Origin: Neoechinorhynchus agilis
Lineage: Eukaryota > Animalia > Acanthocephala
DNA: 64,000 bases
Direction: 5' to 3'
Assembly: GCA_051530055.1 (NCBI GenBank)
Contig: CM121342.1
Location: 344,797-408,796, forward strand
Shown here: one piece after another, positions 26,635-40,699 of the stretch
Position numbering within the stretch: position 1 is the stretch's first letter
How the letters are laid out: each line of letters starts with the position of its first letter
Program-made: the position numbers and the translations under genes
Notes under the pieces: generated by a model
What the model saw: the letters and a program-made list of their open reading frames with translations, nothing else
The model's database searches: none
What the model was told of the DNA's origin: nothing

Positions 26635-27789
26635 ACAATCAAGGAAATCTGAAAAGACGCAAGAGACGGTGCACGCGATGGAAAAGGTATACAAGTCGAC
26701 ACGGTGGTTGTGCGATACAGAAGAAGTCGAAAAGTATCGTCACCGGAGGGATTTGGTGCCCATGCGTTATTGGGCGATTATTGGAAGAAAAAACGACATT
26801 ATTTTTGGAAAACTACGCGTGATCGATATGATTCTTGGCGGTTTCATGTTTGAGGTAATGGCATTGTCACATTATGCCTTTCTATTAGGAACCGTCGATA
26901 CGGATAAGAACGTGCGTGTGTATTTTTTCTACCATGTCCACTTTTGCTGGAAATACCAGGAAACACGTACAAATTATCTAAGGCGTCTTTATACGAGAGC
27001 GCTTGTTATTAGCTAATATCTCGCATATACTAAAATCTTACTCATAAAAAGTACAAACACGGGATTCGTCACAAAGAATCATTTCGACCCATCAAGTACC
27101 CAAATAGGGATGTGCACTCTAATCTACCTAGCACGTTTGGGGAATCATGGGACGCCTTCAAGAAACACATAACACTCAAGGGTGAACGAGACTAAAGTAC
27201 TAATCGAATTGACGGAGACGACCAACGCTTTTTCAAAGTTCATTAACAAACCTATCTCAGACACATCCTTGTCTAACAACTCATCAAACAATCGTATTAA
27301 AGCTTTGAAGTTTAAAAATTCTTTCGCGTAAAACACGCGGGAGGAAAGAATAATGGAGTTTTGGTGATATTGAGAGAGAGAGATTAGAATCCTTCAGACG
27401 GACAAAATATCGTGAGAGGGATCTGATAAATCTCTATATCACCAAACAAAATAATAGACTTGTGATGATCATAATCGTGGATACTCGAGGCTTCCTAGCG
27501 GGAGATTATGATCACCGCTACTCTATTATCCAGAAGGATTTTTCTTTTTATGATCAAGAATAATATTTATCAGTGTTTTTTATTGGTTGCGACATTCGAA
27601 GTATTGTCGCGGCGACGTGATGGTGAAGGGCTAGGCAACAAGGAAAACTGCAGTTTCTTTACACAAAAATAGCTACGTCAAATGTAACAAGGTCGATTCG
27701 TGGTCTCATGGGAATTCAAGATGTTCAATCATAAGCTTCGATAATTTTTAGATTTGTCAGTGGAAATTCTAAAACGACTCTTTTTGTGG

Positions 27790-29325
27790 CTCCATTGTGC
27801 TCTTAAACACATAAAGTACTAAATAAGTCAACGGCTTGTACCTGGATGACGCCACACTCAGCGGTGATCCCCAGGTTGTTTTAAAGGACTTACAAGCTGT
27901 TATAAGCGAAGCAGAAAACTTGGGCCTCGAACTGAATTTCGAAAAAGCGCGAAATCCTTTTTCAGGCATTCGATGACAGTTCACGTTCGACGATCATCGC
28001 AGATTTTCGGCAAGTTGCTATCGGGGTACGCGAGGTTACAAAATACGAATTTAATCTCCTCGGAAGCCCCATTTTCGCCGAAAATGTCTCAAAGGACCTC
28101 GAGGCCCATATACCGAAGCTCGAACTATTATGTACAAGAGCATGTGAGCAGTCGGCGCACGAAGCCTTCTTCCTTTTAAAGAGTTGCCTATACATCCCCA
28201 AATTGATGTATAAGCTGAGAGCTGCTCCGTGTTTCGGGGAGAAAAGAGTTTTATCGGATCTTGACGGGTTTTGCGCTCTTTTTTAAAGAAAATTTTAAAT
28301 ATAAACATTACGGATACGGGCTGGCGGCAGGCTACGTTTCCAACCTCTTTTGGCGGCCTCGGCATCCGCACAGTGTCTGATTTAGCCCTTCCAGCGTTCC
28401 TGGCCTCTTACCGAGCCAGCAAAACGTACGCGGGAGCCCTTTCCAACATGGGGCAAAACTCGCAATATTATTTGGACGGCTTATCGATCTGGCCATCCCG
28501 GACAGAGATCCCACACCTTCCGGAAAATGACCACAAGCAGTCAGCTTGAGACCTTCCCCTCATAAAGAAGATCCACAAATCCTTTAATAATCTTCTCGCC
28601 GAGGTTTCCCAAGTTCGTCTTGCGGCGTGTTCTACAAAGGAATCGGGAGCCTGGCTAAATGCTCTCCCCGCCCGACAATCGGAACTCTTCCAGAGGATTC
28701 TACGCTTAAGGGTCGAGTTTCTTTAAGATTGGGCCAGGGTATTTATATCCCGCATCGCTGTCGCTGCGGATCTATAGTTGAAGCCAATGGCAGACACGGC
28801 CTCTGTTGCAAAATGTCCAGAGGGAGGTATCCAAGACACTCAGAATTGAACTCAATTTTGAGTAGAGCCCTAGATTCCGTCCACGCTCCCAATATTTTAG
28901 AGTCAAGTAATTTATGCCGCCTAGACCACGGTTTTTCCATGGCGGGAGGGAAAACCGCTTTTATGGGATGCGACTTGCGTGGACACGCTTACCCCCAGTA
29001 ATTTTCCCTTTTCAAAAAAGAGCCCTGGAGGTTCAGCGGTCGTAGCTGAGGAACGAAAGCGTTCAAAATATAGAGAGCTCCTAAGGAATTACCATTTCGT
29101 CCCTTTTGCCGTGGAAACGTATGGAGCCTTGGGACCATCAGCGCTCACTCTTCTCGACGATTTGGGACGAAGGACGAAAAGGATGACGGGGGAACAGCGC
29201 TCGAGAAATTTCCTCGCTCAACGAATCGCAATTGCGATACAGCGCGGGAACACTGCCAGTATACAGGCAACGTCAAGAAGTTCACAGGAATAAATTGTAA
29301 TCGTTGTAAATTAATAAAAAAATTT
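27790..29325 (+). mobile_element. 5'-truncated CRE-like RLE non-LTR retrotransposon, frameshifted
   Basis: LYLDDATLSGDP, GWRQATFPTSFGGLGIR, CRCG...HGLCC...RH zinc motif, ETYGALG and IAIQRGN, then a short AT-rich 3' UTR. Confidence 0.88.
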
Positions 29326-29899
29326 TTTACATCATTTCGTTACGAGATCTATGATGATTGATTTGATTTATGGATCATGTTACCTTATTGTAAAGCTCTT
29401 TACGACCGAGGGAACTTATTGATTTATTTGGGTTGTTTAATTAGACCGATTTTGCTATTCATATTTCATCATGGACCGAGAAAAGCTGCAATACCCCTTC
29501 GACTGAGTATGAATAAAAACCCGGGAGCAACAAATGGAACTTAAATTGTCACGCAATTCCTCATGAGTTTCTCCTCGTCTATAACAATGCAACAAGTTTT
29601 TCATGCTTCATGATTCATCATAAAGTTTGGATGTTCGCCTTTTAATTTATCAGTCCTAATGATTTTTAATTTCAAAATGATTCGAATAAATAGGTTTATC
29701 ACTTTTCATAATTATAAATAATTGTTCTTTTTATTATAAGGCCGTTGATCAAGTTCGCAAACCATAAAGCTTTTTCACAAAATAGTTCGACCGAAAATTA
29801 TTTTAGTTGTAGTTTACGGTAACATAACATGATTTATTCATCATAAATTATTTTATACTAATAAGATGTTAGATTCCTATTGATTCGTCCATTTCTCAA

Positions 29900-32800
29900 G
29901 CCTTTTAAGGGAGAAGTCTCTTAACTCTCAAGTCCAGGTAAGAGGTAACGAGTCTAGATGTTTCAAAAAGCCGTTAATGAACTGTGGTTTCTGTTCTGGA
30001 GGGCGACCTCTGGAAAAAAATACCAGGCTAGAGATTGCCCAAGTTTTCCAAATGGATTGGAAGTGCTTAACACTCAATCCAAGATTACAGACCGGTTTGA
30101 CTTTAGATTTGGCAATTTTCAAAAGTTTTATCATTTTGGAAATATCAGATCTAACAGAGAGATTAGCATTAAACGTATGTCATAAAATTCGCAGATTGAT
30201 AGGGGAATTTGAATCTATTTGTGGAGGGTTTAGATTAGGGTTAACAATTTTGGCAAAGAAAGTTTTAAGGTTTTTGCGAAGACGGCTAGACCATACTTTG
30301 AAAATACATTTCGTTTTCGATAAGTTCAAAGAAAGGTTCATTGTTGTCAAAATGGAGTTGAGGTAGTATACAGATTGCCTGATAAACTTTTTGATTTTCT
30401 CTATTCTGGGAGCGTCGAAGACAAATGTGATGTCATCTGCATAACAAGTTAAAGAAGCTTTAACTTTGAAATTTTGAACAATGTATTGTGATGTCATTAA
30501 AAACAAGATAGGGGATAGCGGCGAACTTTGCGGCACGCCTATGAGAGGATAATGAAGGATCTGTGAGGTGTCGTCATCAAAAAAGAACGATTTCGTTAAT
30601 AAAATATTGTTGACTCTAGAGATGATGTTATGAGGAACACTAAAAATTCAAGAATTTCAATTATAAAATGTAATGAAATATTGTCGAAAGCACGAGATAA
30701 GTCCACGGCTAAGATAGCACGGATGGGTGATTTTTAATCATTAAAACTGGAGTAAAAGTGTCGGTAAGGGTCGTGTGAACTGATTTACCCTTCTGAAAAC
30801 CATGAAAATTGCTAGAAATGCAATGATGCTCAGTGATAAAATTGCTCAACCACTCAGCTAAAGCACGTTCATAAATCGTCACTAAGGGATTTTGAAGTGA
30901 GATAAGTAAAAAATCATTTGGATGAGCTATTGATCTTTTCCTATTTTTAACAAGGAAAGTTCGTCTGGATGTGTTAATATCTCTCCAAGCGTATGGAGAA
31001 CTGCTCAGCATTAAAATGGCAACAAATTGAATACAGTCTTGCGGGAGTAAGTTAAATATTTTAGTACTAGAGGTTCTATTAAAGGATGAGATTCTAGGGT
31101 GGAGCGGCCAAACATTCAAAATGTTATCAACATTAAGGTATCGGCGACCAGTTATTAGTCTGCGAAATACGGTCTATCTTTTACCCGACCAACAGAGTGG
31201 TATTCGAAAATAACATTAAGAATAGACCCTATATTAGCAGATTTTAACCAGCTCACAACTTTTGATTTCTAATTGATGAACTTCTTTTTTGAAAAAGTTG
31301 ACCACCATTTCGAAGAGTAAGGTTTAAGAGCGTCCAATACCGCACCTTCTCTTCTGTAATGCTGTCGACATCGATCAGCATAAAAATGATTGGAAAACAC
31401 CTATGAGAGAATGGGGTCTCCGGCTTGCTAGGCTATATATAATTGCCTTCCAATAAAGCGCAAGGAACGGCTTTCGTAGGGTCTAGAAAAAATTATTATT
31501 GGATGATATAGAAATAAACTAACCGTTTTGTTGATTAAGCTATTTATGTTAGGAGGTTAAAAGGGAGTTGTATTTGGAAGCAAAAAATATTTTGAACGAC
31601 GCATTTAAAAAGAGCGATGTCCAGGGGGGCAGATGAGAGATTCTTCGTAAAGTGTCGTTAGCCCACAGGACCAAATTAAAAGATTGTGATCAGCCAGGTC
31701 AAAAAGGGAAACTTGACGATTAACCTGAATTAAGAGATTATGACATTTCCTACTGATAAACAAGTCTAAAAAAGAGTGGGTGTTTTTGGAGATTATGTGA
31801 AAGGACGGAGACTGTAATAAAGAAAGTTCATAGGAAGGTTTGACGAAGTTGATCATTGCTTTGGTACATTTTAACGAGATATCGTCGAAATCTCTAATAA
31901 TAAAATCTATGTTGGACAAAAGGAGGAACTTTAATATATTTTTAGTGGAAGGTCGATGCACAAAACCAGGTTTAATGTACAGGTTTGCAATAGTGAAATA
32001 TTTTTTGTTAAATAAAATTTTTTAGAGAGAGTAAGATAGTTCATTCGAGCCAAAAGAAGAAATCAAAGTGGCATTAAGTGAGAAATTAAAAATTGATATT
32101 AGTCCTTGGGAGGAATGTCCAAAAGGAGCAGTGATGAAGCAGTCGAACTCTGGAGAAGCTTTAATGTTGGGTTCTTCGGAATTAGATCTCTTAAGGGCTG
32201 ATGAATTTGGCTCGCTGATGACTGAGGAGATCAAGTCGGGCAAGTTAGCCAAGTTTCCAATGAGAGCACAAATCTTCCTCTCAAAAACCATAATAGCTTC
32301 TGCAAAACGAGCCTGCATTATAGACAGAAGCTTCTCACACGTTTCCTCCAATCTTCGTTCCAGCCAATCCATAATGACCAACTGAGAGGTAGGGACGGGC
32401 GGATTATATATCGTATTAGTTTTTCCCGAAGCGGTGCCAATTGAGAAAGCAGCTGATGACGATGTTGTGGAGGCAGGAACAGGACCACGAACCCGGTTCA
32501 TCAATCGACTGTTCTTCCTTTTGGTCCCAAGCCCAATATTTTTTAAATTCTGTACAACCTTTATAAAAAACGCAATGTTGACCTTTGCAATTGACACATC
32601 TCTTGGTGTTCTTATTTGGACAGTTTTACGATGAAAGATCTATCTTCGCACAATTGCTGCATTTGGCAGGTGCCCGGTTGGGATATTGTTGGCTCCAGTG
32701 GCCCCATTTACGGCAGCAGTTACATTGGGGGAAGATGTAATCATCTTGGTCGCTTCCGAATTTGAGGTAGAAACGAATCGCAAAGCAATTAAAGGCACAA

Positions 32801-33400
32801 TTCACTTTATCGCAAAGTTCATCGCGAACTGGCCTCGAGCTTTTTACCATTGCTGTCGGAATCAGAAGTCCTGATCTCCGTGAGTTAAGAAAAATTTTAA
32901 CCTTAAAATCGAAAAGTTTTTCATAGTATTCTTTGTCCTCTTGGCTAATACTGGGCTGTAATCCATTCGCAAGGAATTGCATTTCTTGTGTCGAGCAAGA
33001 TATTTTATATATTTCCTTAGTGTGGTTGGCGATCGCAAATTTTTGTAGATTTGTTAGCCACTTAAGATTGGTCAAGTATATTCTTAGAACACCGAATTTT
33101 TGAAAGAACTGGCCCACGGGGTGATTGTTTGATTGAAGATGATATCCCTTGGCATTATGGGGTTCGATTTTATGCTGGGTGTATTAGGCCATCGCTTAGT
33201 AGGATAAACTAAATAAGTTTCTTGAGAATTGTTTGAAGATGTCCATTTATGAAGCTGAGTAGTAAGGTTCGAAACAGAATCAGAAGGCAGCGGCTCTCGC
33301 AATGGTCGTTGATCCATCACAGATCTCCCGCAGGATCATCGGAAGGGTCTGGGGGTTAAGAAACCGTTTTTACACTACTAACGCGATTTTTCATAACAGT
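29900..33400 (-). mobile_element. Decayed near-full-length APE-type LINE (I/Jockey-group-like)
   Basis: ORF1 remnant with zinc knuckles (QCNCCRKWGHWSQQY; KCSNC), endonuclease remnant (DLADHNLL), RT remnants (FHGFQKGKS; PQSSPLSPILF; CYADDITF). Confidence 0.75.
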
Positions 33401-34380
33401 TGACAACACCTTGTAAGTTTACGGTAAAACGACGTTTTATAATAATCATAACACGTTTTATTGACCTTTGTGTTTAAGAAATTAGACCCATGTACCTTTG
33501 GTCCTCATAAACATACAGATAATCTGGGAATATCAGGTCGTGTTATGTCCGTTCTTGTGGGAATTGGTGGTTATTGTTTGCAGCCAAGACGCACACAATG
33601 TTCACATCCCCACAACACACTATCGATATCACATTTATCATTATGCGTGTCGCTGACGTCCCGTTACAGGTATTTCCTCAGGTTCATTTCAGATTATGAT
33701 ACCCGAATCGATTGGGCAGCATGGAAAAAGCAACATTTGTATAGATAGGGAGGTGCGAGGTTGAGGGAAGATGAATCGAATTAGGATTACGAGTGTTATG
33801 CTCGCGTGAAAAGGGGGTGATATGTAGTAGAAATCGTGGTGGTAGGGTTGAGAGGCGTTTTGATTGTTTCATGAAAATAGAATCAAGGCACTCGGTGAGA
33901 GGGGGAAAGTCAGATGTGCAAATTTTAGATGCTCTTTTGCGAAGAATTTCAAGACAGTGGATTTGAGATTTGGATAGATTGCAAAAGACAGGATAACCGT
34001 AGGTGACGGGGGGTAAAATAAAGCTGAAGTAAAATTTGGAGATATCGGGCGAAGGGATTCTTAAATGTCGGAGGCGTTTGAAGAGATAAATTTTAAAAGT
34101 GTTGAACTTGAGGGAGAGAGTGAGGTGCGAGTCCCATTTCGAATTTGATTTAACTTCGAGACCCAGAATTCTTAGGGAGGTTACTCGTAGGATGTCATTT
34201 AGAAGCTCATTGAAATGTTTAGTGAATTAATCCTTCATTATAATTTCAAACACTCAAAGTTCCGACGGGAACGGCGAAACATCTCAATCCTCCATTATCT
34301 CGAAGATGCATCCAGCATTCGCTTCCTGAATCGTAAAACTGATTTTTCGGGAGCGTTTCATAATACGACAGGGAAACTGA

Positions 34381-35810
34381 GAGCTAAAGGTGTCGTAAAA
34401 ATTTATTGCAATTAACTGCGATTTCGATATAATATGTAATAGTGGAAAAGCTTTTATATTTAATAAAAGCCATCGAAAATAAATTCGTGTAAACAAAAAG
34501 TCAAAAGAAAACGATAAACATCGGTCGAAAAACACTTCTAATCTCGGCCCATCAAGTCGACTATTAAATAAAAGGTGTATTTTCCCGAGACCTGAATTCA
34601 ATGAATACACTCGAAATTTGTGCTGTGATCTTTTTGATCAGTATTTTCAATATAACTTCCACTCGTTAACGACCAAGAGAACGTTCGCCGCACATTTTTT
34701 CGGATTATCTAGGGGATGAATTACCAAGCACCAATTATGACAGATACGACTTAATGAATAACAGGTTTGCGGACGACGAGCGGGCTGTGGTCTTAGTGTT
34801 GCCTGATGATCAACTCGATAAGATATTGATCGGAAATGTTGATGATAACGATCAGCAATTTAATAGGTCAACATTTAGAAAACTTTCAGGTCTTCAGAAA
34901 GCGTCAACAACAGAAGATGTCGCATCGCTTGAAGAGGAAACGACAACGGACTTTTCAACTGAAAAAATTGAAATTTGTGCAGTGCACTTCTGCGATAATC
35001 TGAAGACTTCACCGGCAATGACAACAACAGAGGAAACGACAATGGAGACGACTGAAGTGACTACCGAATCAATAATCCAAGAGCAAACAAGTGAGTCAAA
35101 AGCGGAGGAAACAGCGACGCAGACGACCGTGCTGACTTCAGAGACAGCAACCTAAAATCAAACAAGCGAGTAAATTACAAATGCCGAGACCACAGAAATC
35201 ACCAGAATGGAAAAGGGCAAAATGAAACCGGCTATTCTCCCGGTGACTGAACACGTCGCTAAAATGAAAAGCAATGAACAGTCGCTGAGCACCATGGATT
35301 CCCTCAAGCTTCCAACAGAAATTCCTTGTTTATGTGAGATTCTTGACTTCGTTGATTCACCATTCGATAACATAATCAAGCAAATGGTAAACAACAATAA
35401 AAGATGATTAGTCGACTTGTTTATAAAAAGAATAAGATCATTGAGAGGTATAGACCAAGAACGCAATGTAGATCGGTATTCTCGAAAGACCAAGTTGCCG
35501 ACTTTGCAGGATGCTTCAACCCTTTGGTAGCTTATGCTGGGGCGAGGAAGGATAAATAGTTCATGAAGAGCCGTGAGCGTTTCGACTAATCTTTAGTGAC
35601 TCATTAGTTTATAGACAAAATGCTTCAAATATTTATTTAATCAAAATAAAGGTCAGTTTTAAATTTTTGTTTTCTGTAGCCTTTTTCTTTTTTCATAAAA
35701 ACGATTTGATCTTAAGAATAAATTGACAAATGTAATGAACTTATGTCAATGTTCATCGACTTTTGATGAACAGCAAAGATGAAAACGTGCGTTATTTTCC
35801 AATGACAGAT
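34381..35810 (+). repeat. Segmental duplication copy A (paired with 48238-50894)
   Basis: Direct-orientation match. From about 34930 onward it is essentially identical to 49990-50894. Confidence 0.92.
34754..35407 (+). pseudogene. Thr/Glu-rich mucin-like pseudogene fragment (copy A)
   Basis: TTEETTMETTEVTTES repeats. The frame continues through two TAA stops into ORF 35207-35407. Confidence 0.5.
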
Positions 35811-36165
35811 AGTTACGCCCGTGCATAATCATCTATCATGAAAAAGCGTTAGCCAAAATTTTAAATCTTTTTTACTTTAAAGACGTTTGCAGGCATGTTA
35901 TAACTTTTACGATTTCTAAGCTCATTTGTGCATTATTTGATTCCGACGAAACTAGTTTTACTTGCAGTTTCCCCTAGTACACACAGTTCGGGTATTTCAG
36001 AGGTAGTCTTCTTTCCCTATACCAAAGTCTTGGTATCAGGAACGCCGGTTGTTCCCCCATACCGCCTTGACTCAGTATATCAGAATCGATCGCCTTCTTT
36101 ATCGAAGTCTCGTCTGAGACGAATCTGTGGTTCATTGATTTTTTCCTGAGGCCCACCAAGTTTCG

Positions 36166-36640
36166 CTCGCGAAATATTTCTATGCAATCCTATTAACCGG
36201 GAATATCTTCATTACATTTCATACTCGACAATGGGCGAGATAGCAAGACTAAGGATTTTTTGAACTGAACCAGTGGTTAAGAAATAATGAGATTTTAAAA
36301 TCATAATTATTCACAAGAGAAACGAACCTCTTTTTAAGGAAGCTTCCCTCGCGAAATATTTCTTGGCAGTAAAATACCTCTTAGCCGGGAGTATCTTCAC
36401 TACAATTCATGCCCAAGAATTGGCGAGGAAGGAATACTAAGGATTTTTTACTGAACCAGAGAATTAAGAATTTATTAGTTCTTGAATATAAGATTGCTCA
36501 CAAGAGGAACGAGCCATCTTTTTCAGAAATACCTGTAAACCAGTAGTATCTTCATTATAATTCATACTCGAGAATGGGCGAGGAAGCAAGACTATGGATT
36601 TATGAACTGAACAGGTATATTACTAAATAATAAGATTTTG
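36166..36640 (+). repeat. About 180-bp tandem repeat, ~2.5-3 diverged units
   Basis: Recurring ctcgcgaaatatttc...ccgggagtatcttca.tacaattcat...tgggcgag.aagcaagactaaggatttt. Confidence 0.75.
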
Positions 36641-37199
36641 AATTCAAAATTACCATTAAGCTCCATGGTGAAGAAACGAGATGAACATGAAAGCAAAGGT
36701 ATGGTGTACAAAATTCCCTGCATTCAATTTTGAAAGAAGAACCAATGGACATAAGTATGCTCTGAGGAGAGGCACCCCCGCGATGCTCAACAATTTTGAG
36801 TAACAAGGTCACGTCATGGATATCGACAATGCCACCATTTTGGCGCCTAGTGAATCCAAATAGGATCGCGTTATAATGGAGGCTACATTTATTCGCCAGG
36901 TTGAAACAGTTGACGAGATTAAGGCGGACTTCAAACTGAGTCTAAGTACAGTGTGAATGTAATCAACGCCCAATATGTGTTTTTAGACCTTGATAAAGGC
37001 ACAATATTCTGCCGAAATATCGGAATTAATAAATTCTTGTAATTTTTCTGCCACAAACAAGCATTACTCATGTAGAATTTCTTCAGAATGTTATAAAAGA
37101 GATCAGACAAAAGGGTGTCATATTGAACTTAGCAACCAATCTCGAAGTTTGGACACAGAAAATAGTTACGCCTTTTGGGGAAATGGTCTCTCAACAGTT

Positions 37200-38850
37200 T
37201 ATTGATAAACAAAATTGCCGGACGTTGTTCGTAGAATGCATGGCAGTAACTTATTCAAACAACAAAGTCAGTCAATACGGGAGCTCAAACAGATGACAAA
37301 AGAAATTGTTTTCCTAAAAAGCAGACAAGGGAAATATAACGGTAGCTCTGGAAAAAAGGCGATTTAAATAAAAAATGGGTGTAAAACTATCGGGCTCATA
37401 TATCTTTGCTGAAGAAGATTAGCCGTTTTCGAATAAGCTGACGAACAAGCTTATAAAACTTCTGAAACAGGGCAAAGAGAAGGGATGACCCAAGTGACCC
37501 AGGGATTCCGAAGATGTACGGTCTGCCAAAAATACACAAAGATGGATGTCCTCTGAGACTCATGGTATCAAAGAATGGCAGCTTCAGTTAAGATCTGGGA
37601 AAGTTCATAGTAAAGTGCTTGACAGAGGCAACATCACAAGTAGCTACCAGCGTGAAGAATTTGGAATTCGTCGAGAAACGGAGGGAGATCAATATCTCGG
37701 AAAATGTACGATTTGTACAATGGATGTTGTATCCCTCTATATCAATGTATGCTTTTAGTATGCCATAAATACGGCGACTCCACACCTCCTTCCGGTTCTT
37801 CAAGAAATTAACCGACGTGGGGTTGTAACCATGGGTTCACCTATTGCCCCAGTGCTGACCAGTCTCTTTATGGATCACTTGGAAAAATAGCAATGGAATC
37901 TTATGCGATTAAACCTTTTTTCTATAAAAGGGTGATGAGCAGAGTGCTAATGAGTTCATGGAATATCTCAACCGCCGACATAATCGAATCAAATTCACTG
38001 TGAATAGGTCCGATGAAAATGGAAGGTTGTCGTTTCTAGATGTATTGAATCAAAAAATGAAACACGAATTAATACATCGGTCTACAGATAGCCAACTGAA
38101 AGAAATAATTGTATACTTTGGAACAGTACCCATAATAAGAGCACAAAAGTTGGTATATTCAAATCTTTCTGTAGTGAGGAATGCCTCAGTGACAAAATCA
38201 AACAGTTGAAACGAATTTTCAGCAATTTGGGATATGCCAAAGATATTCTTAATTAAATGTGAGAGCAATTAGACCATGTGAAAAACACCCAGTCAAACGA
38301 AACAGTCATGGGCACGAATCGAACAAAAATACGCATTGGAGTGCCAGACAGGCCCACAAACTAACTGTTGGCGAAACAAAATCTCGAGGACAATCAATAG
38401 CCGCGGTCTGCCGATAAAATGCCAATTTTATTTTCATAGAAAGGAGGACTGTTGCCTACAATGTTTCTTGTAGCCAATGGAACAGCAATTACATCGGGCA
38501 AACGGGCCGGAATCTTAAGACGAGATTGGCAGAGCATAAACGTTCCAAGACGCAGAAGGTGGTGGTGCAACCTGGCCAGTGGTCAATTACGACCAAACAA
38601 TGGTTTTTGCAAGTGAACGCGTCTTCTTAATCAAAGAGCAGAACCCGGATATGAATGACCGACGAGGTTACAAACTCTGCCTTCATGGCTAAAAGTGGAA
38701 CAACACAATCAACCACAAGCGTGTGTAAGAGCAGAATAGCCATTTCGTCTCTCGTTTTTAGAACTGGTGATGAACCTAACGAGGTTTAAAACGTTTTTAA
38801 TAAAAAATTATTTACTGGGTGACGACCTAAACAACAAGTCTAATCATAAA
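37200..38850 (+). mobile_element. Decayed Penelope-like retroelement (RT plus GIY-YIG)
   Basis: MDVVSLYINV, MGSPIAPVL..LFMDHLE, YLNRRHNRIKFT...NGRLSFLDV and YIGQTGRNLKTRLAEHKR motifs across frames. Confidence 0.82.
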
Positions 38851-38924
38851 CCCATGTACCTGACATATCAACAGCTTATAAGTATATTGCTTATTATTAT
38901 TGTCACCTTTAAGAATTGTTAATT

Positions 38925-39580
38925 CTACTCCGAATCGCTCGTTTCCGAATTAGACAGATCAACGGATCCTATCATCTTTTTACCGATACCTGACTTCTCA
39001 ATAAGGTCAAATACATCTTCAATTGGCACATTATGCATCGGATATCCTTTCTGACAAAGCTGACCGAAAACTTTGTCGCGACACTCAATGGAATAAAAGT
39101 CATCCAGAAAACCAAGAAAAATATAAATTTTTAACGCATCCACATGATCGGAAATAACGTTGTCTGGGTTCGATGAGCGCATCAGGTATTCGAGCTTGGA
39201 TTTTGGGCTTAAGTTAACTATAAAAACGTTTGCAGCTAATCAAATAAGGTACAATTCGTACCTTTGGAATGCAGCATCACTAAACCGAGTAAAAATTCAG
39301 TGAAACTCAGAAAACCGTCATTGTTGATTTCAAAGTATTTGAACATTTTATCGGCAATATATTCTCGATGACGCTTGCTGTTTGATACGATCAAGCCGTA
39401 GTTATCTATGTGTTTGTAGAAGCTCGTTAAGCCTCCTTTGGTCATTCTGCCAAGACTTGAATAGTTGACGAAATCCTCATGCATTCGCTTAACGTTTTCT
39501 TCGGACAATCCAAGCGCATCAGCAACAAAACAGATTTCCTCATCGTTCGGAGCTCGTTCATTTGATACCTGAGCTCCCAT
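38925..39580 (-). CDS. N-myristoylated EF-hand calcium-binding protein (neuronal calcium sensor-like), two exons
   Basis: MGAQVS start, EF-hand FEINNDGFLSFTEFLLGL, 44-nt GT-AG intron 39261-39218, then SKLEYLMR...FDLIEK. Confidence 0.7.
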
Positions 39581-40388
39581 TTTGAACAAAAACCTGAGCA
39601 ATGCGTTTGGTCGTTTACTCAGTAAAATAAAATGGGAGACAGTGAATCACCAAATAAGAAACGTAACGCTGCGTTCTCAAAGAAATCCACATTTCTCAAA
39701 TAGAAAAAAAGAGTAAAATTCTGATTTTTTTCGAGTAATTTTTTGGCAGTGATGTAATGTTAAATTGAACATCTAACAACTCGATCAAACAAGATATTGC
39801 AATTCTCTTATGAAATAAACTTTCACAACTAATAATGAAATGTTGCAACTCGAAAAAAACACGTTTCTATATAAGGTCATTGCTGATGTTAATTGAAAAG
39901 ATTAAATGGGAATACAAACCAACCGGTTTGAGTGTTTATTTTCCCTTTTTTTTGGGCAGACAGCCAAACCGAATTCTAACATCATACTCTTGCCTAAAAA
40001 GGAAAATAAGTCGAGTAAGGGATGCTCTGAAAACAGTGAATATATATAACCGGCTTGCAAGTAAACATTAAAAAGGGTTTTATTTCACAATTTCGTTTGG
40101 GTGAGAAATCACTACATTCTCTAAAGACGGATTGGCGGAACAATTCTGTCACTTTATAATTCGAAATGCAGCCCTAACTTATTCTCGAGATGTAGTCATT
40201 AGTAGGATAAAAATGTAGATCCAAGGAGTATTTTGTGGGTATAAGACATTATAATCTACGAAAAATCTGGAAATCACAAAATTTTTCAATGACCTTATTC
40301 GTCATTTGACCTACAATCAAAATTTATAAAGTTCTTCAAAAGGAGAAATATATCTCTTCGCTACATTCGGAAAAAGTTTTAACATTCC

Positions 40389-40470
40389 GTAGGTGTGCCG
40401 AGGTGGTCAAGTGGACCATTGTCCCTGGTCCAAGTTAAGAGTCAAGTGGTTCGAATCCGGTGGCCTGCGA
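40389..40470 (+). pseudogene. tRNA-like sequence (degenerate tRNA or SINE head)
   Basis: A-box-like GGTGTGCCGAGGTGG and B-box GGTTCGAATCC. GTAGGT/GCCTGC acceptor-like pairing. GGACCA/TGGTCC stem with a 7-nt loop (GTC at the anticodon position). The T-stem is broken. Confidence 0.45.
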
Positions 40471-40699
40471 ATAAATATCTATGATATGGCTTACTACTTA
40501 AAGCGCATAAGCAGATCATAGCTTTTGCATTTTGCTAATCTATCAACGAATGACAGTCTTCTATTGGTTACATCGTCCACCAAAACATGCGATATGCGCA
40601 TCAGCATATGACAAAGTCGTTGCGAAAATGCGTGATTTTTGTAATAACGAAAACTGCGTCCGAATGGAAAACAATAGTTTCGAGGATTAAAGATCTATA

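Noticed and set aside
25765-27016. Long ORFs 25765-26400 and 26420-27016 antisense to SERBP1
   Set aside because: Shadow frames of a low-complexity Pro/Gly/Gln-rich coding strand, with no recognisable domains.
33700-34300. Further LINE RT remnant on the minus strand (SLRPISP-like motif)
   Set aside because: Too decayed to define boundaries or a family with confidence.
34721-34728. TTACCAAG at the CRE empty site resembles the 3' part of the rotifer spliced leader, the kind of target CRE elements use in trypanosomatids
   Set aside because: Only an 8-nt match, with no donor GT, Sm site or SL-RNA fold, and it is absent at the other CRE junctions.
35153-35180. In-frame TAA codons as evidence of stop-codon reassignment
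   Set aside because: TAA ends TRAP1 and mL64 and TAG ends SERBP1 at expected positions, so the standard code fits; nonsense mutations are simpler.
38760-38830. Hammerhead ribozyme at the Penelope-like 3' end (similar sequence at ~22090-22185)
   Set aside because: The core reads GTGATGA...AAAAC rather than CTGANGA...GAAA, and no helix I can be formed; at best a decayed remnant.
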